From Candidatus Saccharimonadia bacterium (GTDB lineage: Bacteria > Patescibacteriota > Saccharimonadia > UBA4664 > SCTI01): a stretch of 64,000 nt of DNA. The stretch's first letter is position 1. Every line of letters starts with the position of its first letter. The position numbers and the translations under genes are program-made. The stretch lies in NCBI GenBank assembly GCA_046597065.1, contig JBKJLI010000002.1, positions 180,071 through 244,070 on the forward strand, in the 5' to 3' direction. The notes below the pieces were generated by a model. It was not told where the DNA came from. It worked only from the letters and a program-made list of their open reading frames with translations, and searched no databases. Shown here piece after piece: positions 47,976-58,036 of the stretch.

Positions 47976-48971
47976 ATGACCAAGAAAACCGATAAACCAG
48001 AAGTAACAGAAGTTGAAACCAAAGTAGACACTGATATAGAGTCGGTAGAAGAAATTATAGAAGAAGTAGCCGAGGAGTTAGAGCCCGACGAAGACGCGGT
48101 TGAGGATGCCACCGGCGTTGAGCCCGTTGCTACTAAGGCCGGAAAACGTAGCGCCAAAGCCGTTCGCGAAGCCGATGCCGAGCTTGAGCGTAAACAGAAA
48201 GCCACATCAACCGATAAAGATGAGCCAAAACCTCGGGTTTTACACGTTCCTAACCCTAAAAAGCGTCACGGTAAAAACTACCTAGCGGCCCTAGAATTAG
48301 TTGATCGTGAAAAACTTTATGAGCTTGATGAAGCAATTAGCTTAGTTAAACAAACGGCTAAGGTGAAATTTGATCCTTCGGTGGAACTGCACGTTAACTT
48401 AGGCGTTGACCCTAGGCAGGCTGATCAGATGGTGCGGGCTAGCGTTGTATTGCCTGCCGGTACTGGCAAAAACTTGCGTATCGCCGTGCTTGCCCCAACC
48501 GAAAAGCACGCTGAGGCGAAAAAAGCTGGAGCCGCCATTGTCAGTGATGGTGATTTAGTCGAAACTATTGCCAAGGGCCAAATCGATTTTGATATCTTGA
48601 TCGCTACACCTGAAATGATGGCTGGCTTGAGTAAGGCCGCTAAGGTTCTGGGGCCGCGCGGCTTGATGCCCAACCCCAAAAGCGGTACCGTAACCGCAAA
48701 TGTGGCTGACGCGGTTGAACAAGCAAAGGCCGGAAAAGTTGAGTTTCGAATCGACAAGCAGGCGATTGTTCACTTAGCGATTGGCAAAGCCAGTTTTACT
48801 ACGGCTCAGTTAACCGACAATTCCAAGGCAGCAATTAGTGCGATCATGCGTGCTAAACCCTCCTTTACCAAAGGCACCTATGTAAATGCTATTTCACTTA
48901 CTACCTCGATGGGGCCCGGGATAAAACTAGACGTTACAATGGCCATTGCCGCCGTTAATTCTAAAAAGTAG
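47976..48971 (+). CDS. rplA: 50S ribosomal protein L1 with long acidic N-terminal extension
   Basis: KFD.SVE, LGVDPR.ADQ.VR, LGPRGLMPNPK.GTV, MGPG. Confidence 0.98.
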   Translation: MTKKTDKPEVTEVETKVDTDIESVEEIIEEVAEELEPDEDAVEDATGVEPVATKAGKRSAKAVREADAELERKQKATSTDKDEPKPRVLHVPNPKKRHGKNYLAALELVDREKLYELDEAISLVKQTAKVKFDPSVELHVNLGVDPRQADQMVRASVVLPAGTGKNLRIAVLAPTEKHAEAKKAGAAIVSDGDLVETIAKGQIDFDILIATPEMMAGLSKAAKVLGPRGLMPNPKSGTVTANVADAVEQAKAGKVEFRIDKQAIVHLAIGKASFTTAQLTDNSKAAISAIMRAKPSFTKGTYVNAISLTTSMGPGIKLDVTMAIAAVNSKK

Positions 48972-49008
48972 TTACTCAATATATTACTATCCCGAGTCAG
49001 CTAATTGG

Positions 49009-49037
49009 TTGACTCGGAAGCAATTTTCAGGTAAGAT
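49009..49037 (+). promoter_or_regulatory. rplJL promoter overlapping a hairpin at 48992-49017
   Basis: TTGACT-17-TAAGAT; CCGAGTCAGC/GTTGACTCGG stem. Confidence 0.7.
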
Positions 49038-49047
49038 CGATCTAGAT

Positions 49048-49132
49048 TACTGAAGACCGAGGCTGTCGTAAGACTTAATTCGCCTCCGAGGTACGCTTTC
49101 AGCGAAAGTTGTTTGCAAACGTCTTCGGCAGT
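49048..49132 (+). ncRNA. L10 leader (rplJ autoregulatory RNA)
   Basis: CTGAAGAC/GTCTTCGG, GAGGC/GCCTC, TTAA loop, directly upstream of rplJ. Confidence 0.75.
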
Positions 49133-49159
49133 CGCCGAATTTTTGTTTTTGGAGGCCAG

Positions 49160-49690
49160 ATGGCAATTACTAGACAACACAAAGAAGCCAACATAACTAT
49201 GCTAGAGAAGCAATTTTCTGAGCTTAAGTTGATGGTACTTACTGACTATCGGGGCCTTTCAGTGGCCGAAATTAGTGAGTTACGCGCTAATTTGCGTGAA
49301 GCTGGTATCACTTATCATGTCACCAAAAACACATTACTAAGAATTGCCGCCAAGAACACTCCGGCACTTGCAGACATTGACCCAGCTACATTTAGTGGAC
49401 CAATGGCTTTGGCGATTTCAACAGATGACGAAATTGCACCGGCAAGAGTTGTCTTTCAATACGCCAAAAAGCACCAAGCACTCGAAATTGTGGGCGCGGT
49501 TACTGGCGAAGGGCAGGTGTTAAGCCCGGCTGAAGTCAAGGCACTTGCTACCCTGCCAACGCGTGACCAGTTATTAGCACAGGTGGTTGGTACAATTGCC
49601 GCACCGCTGAGCGGATTTGTTGGCGTCATGGGTGCAAATGTTCGCGGCATCGTAACAGTTTTAAATGCAATTAAAGAAACTAAGGAGTAA
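49160..49690 (+). CDS. rplJ: 50S ribosomal protein L10
   Basis: DYRGL.V, KNTL, LATLP; GGAGG SD before ATG 49160. Confidence 0.98.
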   Translation: MAITRQHKEANITMLEKQFSELKLMVLTDYRGLSVAEISELRANLREAGITYHVTKNTLLRIAAKNTPALADIDPATFSGPMALAISTDDEIAPARVVFQYAKKHQALEIVGAVTGEGQVLSPAEVKALATLPTRDQLLAQVVGTIAAPLSGFVGVMGANVRGIVTVLNAIKETKE

Positions 49691-49693
49691 ATT

Positions 49694-50107
49694 ATGGCAG
49701 ATGAAGCCAAAACAGCAGAAAAAGTAGAAATTCCAGCTAAGTTTAAAGACTTAGTTGATCAAATCGATAAGCTAAGTGTACTTGAGTTAAGTGAGCTAGT
49801 TAAAGTACTAGAAGACCACTATGGTGTTTCAGCCGCTGCACCAGCCGCTGCTGTAGCCGCTGCACCAGCTGCCGACGAAGACACTGCCGAAGAAAAGAGC
49901 GCCTTTACCGTAATTCTAGCCGCTGCCGGCGACCAGAAAATTAACGTGATTAAAGCAGTACGTGAAATCACCGGCCTTGGGCTTGCCGAAAGCAAAGCCC
50001 TGGTTGATGGTGCGCCTAAGCCAATTAAAGAAAACGCTCCCAAGGCCGAAGCCGATGAAGCTAAGGCAGCCCTTGAAGCCGCCGGCGCCACAGTCGAACT
50101 GCAGTAA
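49694..50107 (+). CDS. rplL: 50S ribosomal protein L7/L12
   Basis: Ala hinge, [20 protein letters not shown]. Confidence 0.99.
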   Translation: MADEAKTAEKVEIPAKFKDLVDQIDKLSVLELSELVKVLEDHYGVSAAAPAAAVAAAPAADEDTAEEKSAFTVILAAAGDQKINVIKAVREITGLGLAESKALVDGAPKPIKENAPKAEADEAKAALEAAGATVELQ

Positions 50108-50193
50108 CCCTGCAACTTCACGCTTTACTGATTACCGCCTTTCTGCTTGAATAGAGTTAATCAAGACATACCAAAACAAATGGGTATTCCAAC

Positions 50194-50703
50194 GTGGCCG
50201 ATATCGCCGATAAACAATTAAAAACGCTCAAGAAACTTATTGAGACTGCCGAAACCAACTTAGCCGGAGCCAGGGAGCTCTTGGCTAGTTTGGTTGGTGA
50301 AGAAATTGGCAGTTCGCCGATAACCGATCGTGACGCCGGGGCTAAAGTAATTGAAGGCCAGTTTGATGGCCAGAAAATGATTGGCGAAGACGGAAAACCA
50401 TATCAGGTTCCAGCCAACTACGCCTCTAAATCTAAGCTGGTACAGACCGATGGATTAAAGTTGACCATTGGCGAAGACGGCGCTTTCTTATATAAGCAAA
50501 TTGCTCCGGTTCAACGCCGTAAATTGATAGGCACGCTCAACCTAAAAGATGGTCAGTACTATGTTGAAGCACAAGGACACGACTACCGAGTACTATTTGC
50601 CAGCGTAACCTATTACAAGGCTCAGCCTGGCGATCAGGTTACAATTGTCATACCCGAAGAGGGTGACTCTGATTGGGCTGCCATTGAAGCCGTTTTAGCT
50701 TAA
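50194..50703 (+). CDS. Hypothetical protein (helical N-terminus plus beta-rich domain)
   Basis: 169-aa ORF, GTG start; EG.FDG..M, VPANYASKSKL, YKQI. Confidence 0.8.
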   Translation: MADIADKQLKTLKKLIETAETNLAGARELLASLVGEEIGSSPITDRDAGAKVIEGQFDGQKMIGEDGKPYQVPANYASKSKLVQTDGLKLTIGEDGAFLYKQIAPVQRRKLIGTLNLKDGQYYVEAQGHDYRVLFASVTYYKAQPGDQVTIVIPEEGDSDWAAIEAVLA

Positions 50704-50812
50704 ATCAGTCGTTCTTATCCCCATTTCTGTTCATAACCAGTGCCTGGCCACCTCAAACCATAAGGCGTATAATTTAGCTTACTAACAGTAGTGGTTAAAC
50801 GGGGGTCTATAG

Positions 50813-52252
50813 GTGTCAGAACTGGCGCTTTACCGTAAGTACCGTAGTCAAAATTTTGCTGCGGTCATCGGCCAAGATCATATTGTGTCTACGCTTAAGT
50901 CGGCAATTGCGCACGACCACTTGGCGCATGCGTACTTGCTAACCGGCCCCCGAGGAGTTGGCAAGACAAGTGTGGCCCGACTCTTAGCTAGAGCTGCAAA
51001 CTGTACAGCCGAAAATCCAGCTGATCGCCCTTGCGGCATCTGCGCAAACTGTAAAGTTGAAATTGGCAGCCACTTAGATCTGATCGAGATTGATGCCGCT
51101 AGTAACCGCGGAATTGACGACGCTAGGGCACTTCGTGAACGCATTAGCAGCGTTCCGTCGCTCGGCCGCTATAAGGTATACATTATCGACGAAGCTCATA
51201 TGTTAACCAATGAGGCTTTCAATGCCCTGCTTAAGACGCTAGAGGAGCCTCCAGCCCATGCGTTATTCATACTTGCTACAACCGAATCTCACAAGCTTCC
51301 CGATACCATTATTTCGCGAACTCAGCGTTTTAGTTTTCGACCCATCACATCTGTTGCAATCGCTAAACATCTGCGCAAAATTGCCGACACCGAAAAAATT
51401 GAAGTTGACGATGCTGCTCTTGAGCTAATTGCTAGTTCAAGCCATGGTGGTTTTCGGGACGCAATTAGTCTACTAGACCAAGCCGCCAGCGGAGGCGAAG
51501 CCAGGCTAACGGTTGAGATTATTCATAATTTACTTGGCCAAGCCGATCCTAAGTTGATAAGCAGCATAATCGCAGCAGTAGCTACGACAAACACAGCAGC
51601 CGCGCTATTAGCTTTAGATGAAGCCTGGTCTGCTGGCGTGCAGCCGGTTCAACTTATCCGTCAGCTAATAGATTACTATCGTCGTGGCTTACGCGGTGAA
51701 ACTGCTATTGAATCGGCCCAAGCGATTTCTCAACTACTACCGGTCTTAAAATCACCTTGGCCGGAATTAGCTGCAGAAGCGGCAATTGTTACTTATATTG
51801 AAGCTTTACAGCCGGATTCCGCCCAACAGAATGTAAAGTCTGCGGCAGTAAGTCGCGTGGAACTCCCTAGCCCTACGGCTCCGCCACCAGCTGAACCAGA
51901 AGTTGCCCCAGAGCAACCGCTGGCATCTAACGGCGGCGATTTGTGGATGAAAGCCCTTACCCAGATAAAGCAAAAAAATAACTCTTTATACGCGCTTTTA
52001 AGCACATCCTCATGCCAGGTGCGATTCGATGGCAATGAAGTGATTGTTGACTGTCGTTTTGGTTTTCATCGTGACAGGATTCAAGAAAACATTCAGCTTT
52101 TAGAACAGACATTAGCAAGAGTTTATGGTCGCAAATTAAAGGTAATAGCCCAAATCCAGGCTCCGGCAGCGGCAGTGGCGGCTACCGACCCCGCAGCCGA
52201 ACTGGTGTCATCAGCATTAGAAATATTAGGCGGGGAGGTGGTTGATGGCTAA
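50813..52252 (+). CDS. dnaX: DNA polymerase III subunit gamma/tau
   Basis: LYRKYR, GPRGVGKTS, EIDAAS, IIDEAHML, NALLKTLEEPP. Confidence 0.98.
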   Translation: MSELALYRKYRSQNFAAVIGQDHIVSTLKSAIAHDHLAHAYLLTGPRGVGKTSVARLLARAANCTAENPADRPCGICANCKVEIGSHLDLIEIDAASNRGIDDARALRERISSVPSLGRYKVYIIDEAHMLTNEAFNALLKTLEEPPAHALFILATTESHKLPDTIISRTQRFSFRPITSVAIAKHLRKIADTEKIEVDDAALELIASSSHGGFRDAISLLDQAASGGEARLTVEIIHNLLGQADPKLISSIIAAVATTNTAAALLALDEAWSAGVQPVQLIRQLIDYYRRGLRGETAIESAQAISQLLPVLKSPWPELAAEAAIVTYIEALQPDSAQQNVKSAAVSRVELPSPTAPPPAEPEVAPEQPLASNGGDLWMKALTQIKQKNNSLYALLSTSSCQVRFDGNEVIVDCRFGFHRDRIQENIQLLEQTLARVYGRKLKVIAQIQAPAAAVAATDPAAELVSSALEILGGEVVDG

Positions 52253-53639
52253 AATCGCAACACAAACCAAACCTCCTACTTTAAGTTCGGCTAAGCTACC
52301 AGCTGGAGTAGTTGCTCCCCATAGCCTTGAAGCCGAGGGTAGTTTGTTAGGTGCGGTGCTTGTCGATAAGGAGGCTTTAATTAAAATAGCTGACATCATA
52401 AACCCTGACGATTTTTACGCTGCCCGTAACGGTATTATTTTTAGTGCCATGTTGGATTTATATGAAGCCAGACAGCCGCTTGATTTATTAACTTTGTCTA
52501 ATCGCTTATCAGAATTAAAAGAGCTTGAAAAGGTCGGTGGAGCGGTGTATTTAACCGAACTGGTTGAGCAAGTGCCAACAGCTGCTCATGTGGTTCATTA
52601 TGCCCAAATTGTGGCGCACAAAGCCACATTAAGGAGACTAATAGGCGCTGCATCGCTGATTTCAAGTTTTGGTTATGATGAAAGCACGCCTCTAGATGGC
52701 TTGCTAGATCAAGCTGAACAAACTCTCTTTGCAGTATCCCAAAAGCATTTGCGTCAGAATTTTATCCCGATTAGCTCGGTGTTAGCAGAATCTTTCGAAA
52801 GATTAGATGAGTTGCACAAGGATAAAAATAGCTTGCGCGGCGTTCCAACCGGCTTTAGGGCCCTCGATAACATCCTGGCCGGTTTACAAAAATCTGATCT
52901 GGTAATTTTAGCCGCCCGGCCTAGTATGGGTAAAACCACACTGGCCCTAAATATTGCTCACCATGTCGCTGTAAAAGAAGGTATTCCGGTGGGCTTTTTC
53001 TCGCTAGAAATGGGTAAAGAGCAGCTAATTGATCGACTGTTAGCATCAGAATCGGGGATTGAATCATGGAAATTGCGCAATGGACGGCTTGAAGATGCTG
53101 ATTTTCCTAAAATTAACGATGCCATGGCCGTGCTTAGTGAAGCGCCAATTTTTATTGATGATTCACCGACAACCAACATTATGGAAATGCGCACTAAAGC
53201 TAGGAGACTTCAAACTGAACACGATCTTGGGTTAATCGTAGTCGATTACTTACAACTAATAAGTGGCCGTAGTAATAGTAGCGAGAATCGCGTGCAGGAG
53301 GTTTCAGAAATTTCGCGTGGGCTAAAGAGCTTGGCACGAGAGCTTAACGTGCCAGTTCTTGCACTAAGCCAACTTTCACGTAGCGTCGAATCACGTACGC
53401 CTCCTATTCCATTGCTGTCGGACTTACGTGAATCTGGTTCGATCGAACAGGATGCCGACGTAGTGATGTTCATTTATCGCGAAGATTACTATAAAGATCA
53501 AGATTCGGAGCAACCAGGTGCGGCCCAAATTATGGTGCGCAAACACCGCAATGGCCCCACCGGCCAGGCCGAACTGTTCTTTCACCCAGAGCGAACCTTG
53601 TTCCGCGATGTTGACCGCGTACATTCACACTCGTCGTAG
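52245..53639 (+). CDS. dnaB: Replicative DNA helicase
   Basis: AARPSMGKT, FSLEM, VDYLQL, LSQLSR, DLRESGSIEQDAD; GGAGGT SD. Confidence 0.99.
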   Translation: MAKIATQTKPPTLSSAKLPAGVVAPHSLEAEGSLLGAVLVDKEALIKIADIINPDDFYAARNGIIFSAMLDLYEARQPLDLLTLSNRLSELKELEKVGGAVYLTELVEQVPTAAHVVHYAQIVAHKATLRRLIGAASLISSFGYDESTPLDGLLDQAEQTLFAVSQKHLRQNFIPISSVLAESFERLDELHKDKNSLRGVPTGFRALDNILAGLQKSDLVILAARPSMGKTTLALNIAHHVAVKEGIPVGFFSLEMGKEQLIDRLLASESGIESWKLRNGRLEDADFPKINDAMAVLSEAPIFIDDSPTTNIMEMRTKARRLQTEHDLGLIVVDYLQLISGRSNSSENRVQEVSEISRGLKSLARELNVPVLALSQLSRSVESRTPPIPLLSDLRESGSIEQDADVVMFIYREDYYKDQDSEQPGAAQIMVRKHRNGPTGQAELFFHPERTLFRDVDRVHSHSS

Positions 53640-53645
53640 AGTTTC

Positions 53646-53674
53646 TTTACAAAGCTATTTATGCCGGTTATGCT
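53646..53674 (+). promoter_or_regulatory. Promoter of the glycosylation cassette
   Basis: TTTACA-17-TATGCT. Confidence 0.65.
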
Positions 53675-53701
53675 TAAATCAAGTTAGATAATGAGGAAAA
53701 T

Positions 53702-54202
53702 TTGGTGGCAAAACGTAAAGCTTCGACGGCAGGGCAGGTTGGCCGCTTTGGCCTTGTCGGCCTAATGAATACAGCGATCGACTTTGTTCTATTTTTGGGA
53801 TTAACCAAGGTGTTTTCAATCCCGCTCGATCGGGTTTGGACCGCTAAGCTGGTATCGGGTGCTGTGGCCATGACCAACAGCTTTTACTGGAACCGTAAGT
53901 TTGTATTTAAGCGTGATAAGGTTAATGGCGAACAGGCCACGCAGCAGTTTGTGCGCTTTGTCACCGCCACCCTAATTGGTACCCTGGTAATCCAAACCGG
54001 CCTGGTGCAGTTGTTTTCGAACAACTACCCCCAACTAGGGCAGCTTGGATTCGACATTGCCACGGCGCTGGGCATTGTACAGATCAAACCAGACATTTTA
54101 ACGCTGGCGCTATTCATTAAGGTGGCCGCCTTCGGCTTAGCTACCATCGGCAGTATGACCTGGAACTTCTTGTTCTATAAAATGTGGGCATTCAAGTCAT
54201 GA
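53702..54202 (+). CDS. GtrA-family flippase-like protein
   Basis: RF.LVG..NT.ID, SFYWNR.FVF, WNF.FYK.WAF; start may be GTG 53705. Confidence 0.92.
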   Translation: MVAKRKASTAGQVGRFGLVGLMNTAIDFVLFLGLTKVFSIPLDRVWTAKLVSGAVAMTNSFYWNRKFVFKRDKVNGEQATQQFVRFVTATLIGTLVIQTGLVQLFSNNYPQLGQLGFDIATALGIVQIKPDILTLALFIKVAAFGLATIGSMTWNFLFYKMWAFKS

Positions 54203-55755
54203 GTGGCGCAATTAGTCGATGGCTTAAAAACAACGCCTTTATCCTAGCGATCATTGGCATTATGGTGTTAGCAGCATTCATGCGCTTTTATCAGCTGGCA
54301 AGCCTACCCCCAGGGCTTCATCCAGATGAGGCTGCCAACGGATTGGATGTGTTCCGAATATTTAATCATGATTACCGCCCGTTCTATACCACCAACGGCG
54401 GCCGCGAAGCTCTGTTCTTTTATTTGCAAGCTATCGGTGTAAGCATCTTTGGTAACACCATCTTAGGCCTACGGGCTGCACCGGCGCTGCTTGGTACCCT
54501 GGCGGTTGCAGCAGTTTACTTATGGTCGGCTAGTTGGTTTGGGCGACGCGTTGGCCTACTGGCAGCCTTACTAATGGCCGTAACGCCTTGGGGCGTGACA
54601 ATCTCACGAGATGGTTTTAGAGCCAGCATGCTAATGCTGATGATCCCGCTAACTTTGTGGTTGGGCACTAAGGCGATCCAAACCAAGGGCAAACTATGGC
54701 TGGCGTTAGCTGGTATCAGCTTTGGAGCCGGGTTCTACACCTATATTGCTTACCGATTGTTCCCAGTGGCGTTATTTGCAATCGGGCTATACATCTTAAT
54801 CTGGCGTCGACATTATATAAAACAGTGGAAGCGTCCACTGTTGGTATTTGGTATTGCAACCACCGTAGCATTGCTACCTTTGGGTATTTTCACCTTGCAG
54901 CACCCAGCAGATGTGGCAGGCCGTCCGGCCGGAGTCAGTTTCTTAAATAAGGATCTTAACCATGGCAAGCCGTTACAAACCCTAAGCGATACGCTTGTTA
55001 AGACCGCCTTAATGTTTAATATCACCGGTGATGAAAACTATCGCCAAAATCTTGGTGGCCAACCGGCCTTTAACGTTTTTGTAGGCGTGATGTTCTTGTT
55101 AGGTATATTTGTAGCAATCGCACGGATCAAACGACTGGCTTACTTTTCACTTCTAATGGTGTTTGGGGCCATGTTGTTGCCGGAGGTGTTAACCGCCGAA
55201 GGCATACCACACTTTTTGCGAGCAATCGGAGCCTTGGCCCCAGCTCTGGTGCTAGCAGCTGTTGGTATCAGCTATCTACTTAACCAGTGGTATAGTGTTT
55301 TTCCACTTAACCGTGCGGCTCGGGCCGCTGGAACTGTTGCTGTTGGCATATTACTGGCACTGACAGTCTATCAGGGCTACGTACAGTACTTTGTGGCATG
55401 GGCCAATAGCCAGCAAACCTATGATGACTATGCCGAAGATGCGGTGGCATTAGGTAACTATTATGTCGATAATCGCTTTAATGGTAAGCGCTACGCCGTT
55501 ACAGGCGAGTATTCGATGCAAACGGTTGAGTATCTTACTCATAACAAATCTAACTACATGCACGTTGATACCAATAAGGTTGATGGCATCCCCCTAGACG
55601 CAGGCACTGCCAAAGAGTTTGCAGTCTTTGAAAACGATCAAGAGCAGGTTCTAAAACGTTTAAGGCAAAAATTTCCCAAAGGCCAGACCAGCCCCCATTA
55701 CTCAACCTTTAGTGGCGACGAGCTGTTCGTAATCTACACCGTTCCGGCACAATGA
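54199..55755 (+). CDS. GT-C-fold glycosyltransferase (ArnT/PMT_2, GT39/83-like)
   Basis: RFYQL..LPPGLHPDEA acidic loop after TM1; multi-TM; soluble C-terminal domain. Confidence 0.88.
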   Translation: MSGAISRWLKNNAFILAIIGIMVLAAFMRFYQLASLPPGLHPDEAANGLDVFRIFNHDYRPFYTTNGGREALFFYLQAIGVSIFGNTILGLRAAPALLGTLAVAAVYLWSASWFGRRVGLLAALLMAVTPWGVTISRDGFRASMLMLMIPLTLWLGTKAIQTKGKLWLALAGISFGAGFYTYIAYRLFPVALFAIGLYILIWRRHYIKQWKRPLLVFGIATTVALLPLGIFTLQHPADVAGRPAGVSFLNKDLNHGKPLQTLSDTLVKTALMFNITGDENYRQNLGGQPAFNVFVGVMFLLGIFVAIARIKRLAYFSLLMVFGAMLLPEVLTAEGIPHFLRAIGALAPALVLAAVGISYLLNQWYSVFPLNRAARAAGTVAVGILLALTVYQGYVQYFVAWANSQQTYDDYAEDAVALGNYYVDNRFNGKRYAVTGEYSMQTVEYLTHNKSNYMHVDTNKVDGIPLDAGTAKEFAVFENDQEQVLKRLRQKFPKGQTSPHYSTFSGDELFVIYTVPAQ

Positions 55756-56510
55756 GTCGGCCCAAGCTTAGCTTGATTATCCCGGCATACCAAGAAGCCA
55801 GGCGGATTGAAGCCAGCTTGGATCAACTAGCCAGCTATTTAAAACGCCACCATTACAGCGATTATGAAGTATTAGTGGTGGTGGCTGATAGCCCGGATGG
55901 TACGGCTGAATTGGCTGATGCTAAATCTAAGCTGTTTGAGAGTTTTAGGGTAGTTCACGCTGGGCCCAAGGTCGGAAAGGGCCGCGACGTTCGTACTGGT
56001 ATGTTTGAAGCCCAAGGGGATTATCGGCTGTTTATGGATGCCGACCTAGCTACGCCGTTGCACCACTTAGAATCGGTACGTAAGCTTACGGCGCAGGGTA
56101 AACCAGTGGTTATTGCCGTACGCAATCTTAAAAGTAGCCATACTGGCATGCGTAAGCTGGTTTCCAGCTTGGGCAACCTATTGGTTCAGATTCTGTTGTT
56201 ACCGGGCTTAAAAGACTCCCAATGTGGGTTTAAAGCATTCAGCGCCGAGGCCGCCAATGAGCTATTTAGCCGCCAAACAATTTTGGGCTGGGGCTTTGAC
56301 ATGGAAATTTTGGCAATTGCTCGTAATCGTAAATACGAAATTTCACAAATTGTGGTAGCCGACTGGAGCGATAAACCTAACGGGACATTTGAGGGTGAGG
56401 TTGGTGCTGCGGCGCTTGAAACACTTGGAGAATTATTTGCTATTACCTGGCGCCGCCTAACTGGTCGCTACCGTCATAAAAACTTTAACTATGAGCCATA
56501 TCAATCATGA
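55752..56510 (+). CDS. GT2 polyprenyl-phosphate glycosyltransferase (dolichyl-P-glucose synthase-like)
   Basis: LSLIIPAY.E, D.S.DGT, GKG..VR.G, FMDADL, DSQCGFK, WGFD.E. Confidence 0.92.
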   Translation: MSRPKLSLIIPAYQEARRIEASLDQLASYLKRHHYSDYEVLVVVADSPDGTAELADAKSKLFESFRVVHAGPKVGKGRDVRTGMFEAQGDYRLFMDADLATPLHHLESVRKLTAQGKPVVIAVRNLKSSHTGMRKLVSSLGNLLVQILLLPGLKDSQCGFKAFSAEAANELFSRQTILGWGFDMEILAIARNRKYEISQIVVADWSDKPNGTFEGEVGAAALETLGELFAITWRRLTGRYRHKNFNYEPYQS

Positions 56511-57982
56511 AACTGTTGCAACGTCTTAGCCCATCAATTTATTTAACACTCTTAATAGCGGTGGGGGCGGTTGTACGCTTTTATCACATTGCCGGATCAA
56601 GCATCTGGCATGATGAGGGCTACACTATGATGCTGGCTCCAGATGGTTTTATTGAGACCCTTACCCGCACTGGCCGCGATGTCCACCCGCCGTTATACTA
56701 TTTGGCACTGCATGACTGGATGCTAGTGTTTGGTAATAGTGCAACCTCTGCTCGAGGCATGAGTGCCGTTTTCATGTTAGGCATGATTCCGCTGATGTAT
56801 TTACTGATTAAGCGCCTGTTTAACGAGCCTGCTGCCCGGGTTGCTGCCTTGTTTGTAACTCTAGCCCCATTTTTAGTGCGCTACAGCCAAGAAGCCCGCA
56901 TGTACGGGATGGTGGCATTTTTGCTACTACTAGCTACTTATGCATTAGTTAGAGCTCTACAAAAGGGTAGTAAATGGTGGTGGGCGATTTACGCCTTGGC
57001 CTTAGCTGCCGGTTTATATACCCACTACTACAGCGTTTTTATGATCTTGGTGCACTGGATCTACGTGGCGAGCTTTTCCAACCGCAAAACAAAACAGGGC
57101 TTGTTTAATCCATGGTGGTGGGGCGCAAACGTAGCCGCCGCCGCTCTTTTCTTGCCCTGGGTCCCAACCGCCTACGCCCAGTTTACCCGCGTACAGGGCT
57201 CGTTCTGGATACCGAAACCCAATATCACCACCCTGCCTAACACCTTGCTGCAGTTTATGGTTTATAACACCATCGACAAGTTGGCCATCTGGATTAAAGT
57301 GCTAATTACCGGTGGTTTTGCAGCCGGAGTGGCCGGATTGTTTATAGCTGCTAAGAAGTACCGACGATCGTCACTACTCATAGCTGTTTACGCACTTTTG
57401 GCCCCGGTTTTAGTGGTGTTACTGTCGTACAAGCGGCCAATATATATCGATCGCTACTTTGTATTTGCGGCTGTAGCCTTTTACGCGCTTCTTGGGGTCA
57501 TTATGGTTCTGGGTTGGCCCTTAGCTAAACGTCCGCGAGCCCAAGCAGCCGTGATCATATTTACATGTAGTTTATTTATCGCTGGTATATACGGCGTGGC
57601 TTATCAGGGAACTTGGCAGATGAAGAAAGTAGGAGCCGTGGTTAATAACAACTACTTGCCAGGCGACGAAATTCTTTCTGGAGAGTTGTATACATTCTTT
57701 GATTTTAGCTACTACAACCACACCGGGCATCAAACCAAACTATGGGCTAAGAACGGCGTTAACGGTTATGGCGAAAGTAGCTTAATTTACGATCGTGCCG
57801 ATCAAATCGTGGTGCGTAAACTGGAAGATATCAAGCCGACCTCTGGTTACATATGGGTAGTCGGTAAAACTGGCAAAAAGGATTACTTTGAGCATGTTCC
57901 AGTAACTTGGGTAACAGTGGGCCAAAAGTATGAGTACAACGGCGCAGCTGTACAAAAATTCCGCGTTCTGGCTCGTCCATAG
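56507..57982 (+). CDS. Second GT-C-fold glycosyltransferase
   Basis: SIWHDEG, DVHPPLYY, YSQEARMY, THYY. Confidence 0.9.
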   Translation: MKLLQRLSPSIYLTLLIAVGAVVRFYHIAGSSIWHDEGYTMMLAPDGFIETLTRTGRDVHPPLYYLALHDWMLVFGNSATSARGMSAVFMLGMIPLMYLLIKRLFNEPAARVAALFVTLAPFLVRYSQEARMYGMVAFLLLLATYALVRALQKGSKWWWAIYALALAAGLYTHYYSVFMILVHWIYVASFSNRKTKQGLFNPWWWGANVAAAALFLPWVPTAYAQFTRVQGSFWIPKPNITTLPNTLLQFMVYNTIDKLAIWIKVLITGGFAAGVAGLFIAAKKYRRSSLLIAVYALLAPVLVVLLSYKRPIYIDRYFVFAAVAFYALLGVIMVLGWPLAKRPRAQAAVIIFTCSLFIAGIYGVAYQGTWQMKKVGAVVNNNYLPGDEILSGELYTFFDFSYYNHTGHQTKLWAKNGVNGYGESSLIYDRADQIVVRKLEDIKPTSGYIWVVGKTGKKDYFEHVPVTWVTVGQKYEYNGAAVQKFRVLARP

Positions 57983-58036
57983 TCCAGATTTAAGCTACAA
58001 TATTAAATATTAACTCGATATGGCGAAGGAGCTATA

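Noticed and set aside
50704-50812. Possible SRP RNA upstream of dnaX
   Set aside because: No SRP domain IV motif or long stem; only about 40 nt between TATAAT and the start codon
51971-51981. A7 run in dnaX (CAA AAA AAT AAC) where a -1 slip would hit TAA, resembling the gamma/tau frameshift
   Set aside because: A_AAA_AAT is a weak slippery heptamer, no stimulatory SD or hairpin is visible, and it lies inside the C-terminal domain rather than the linker
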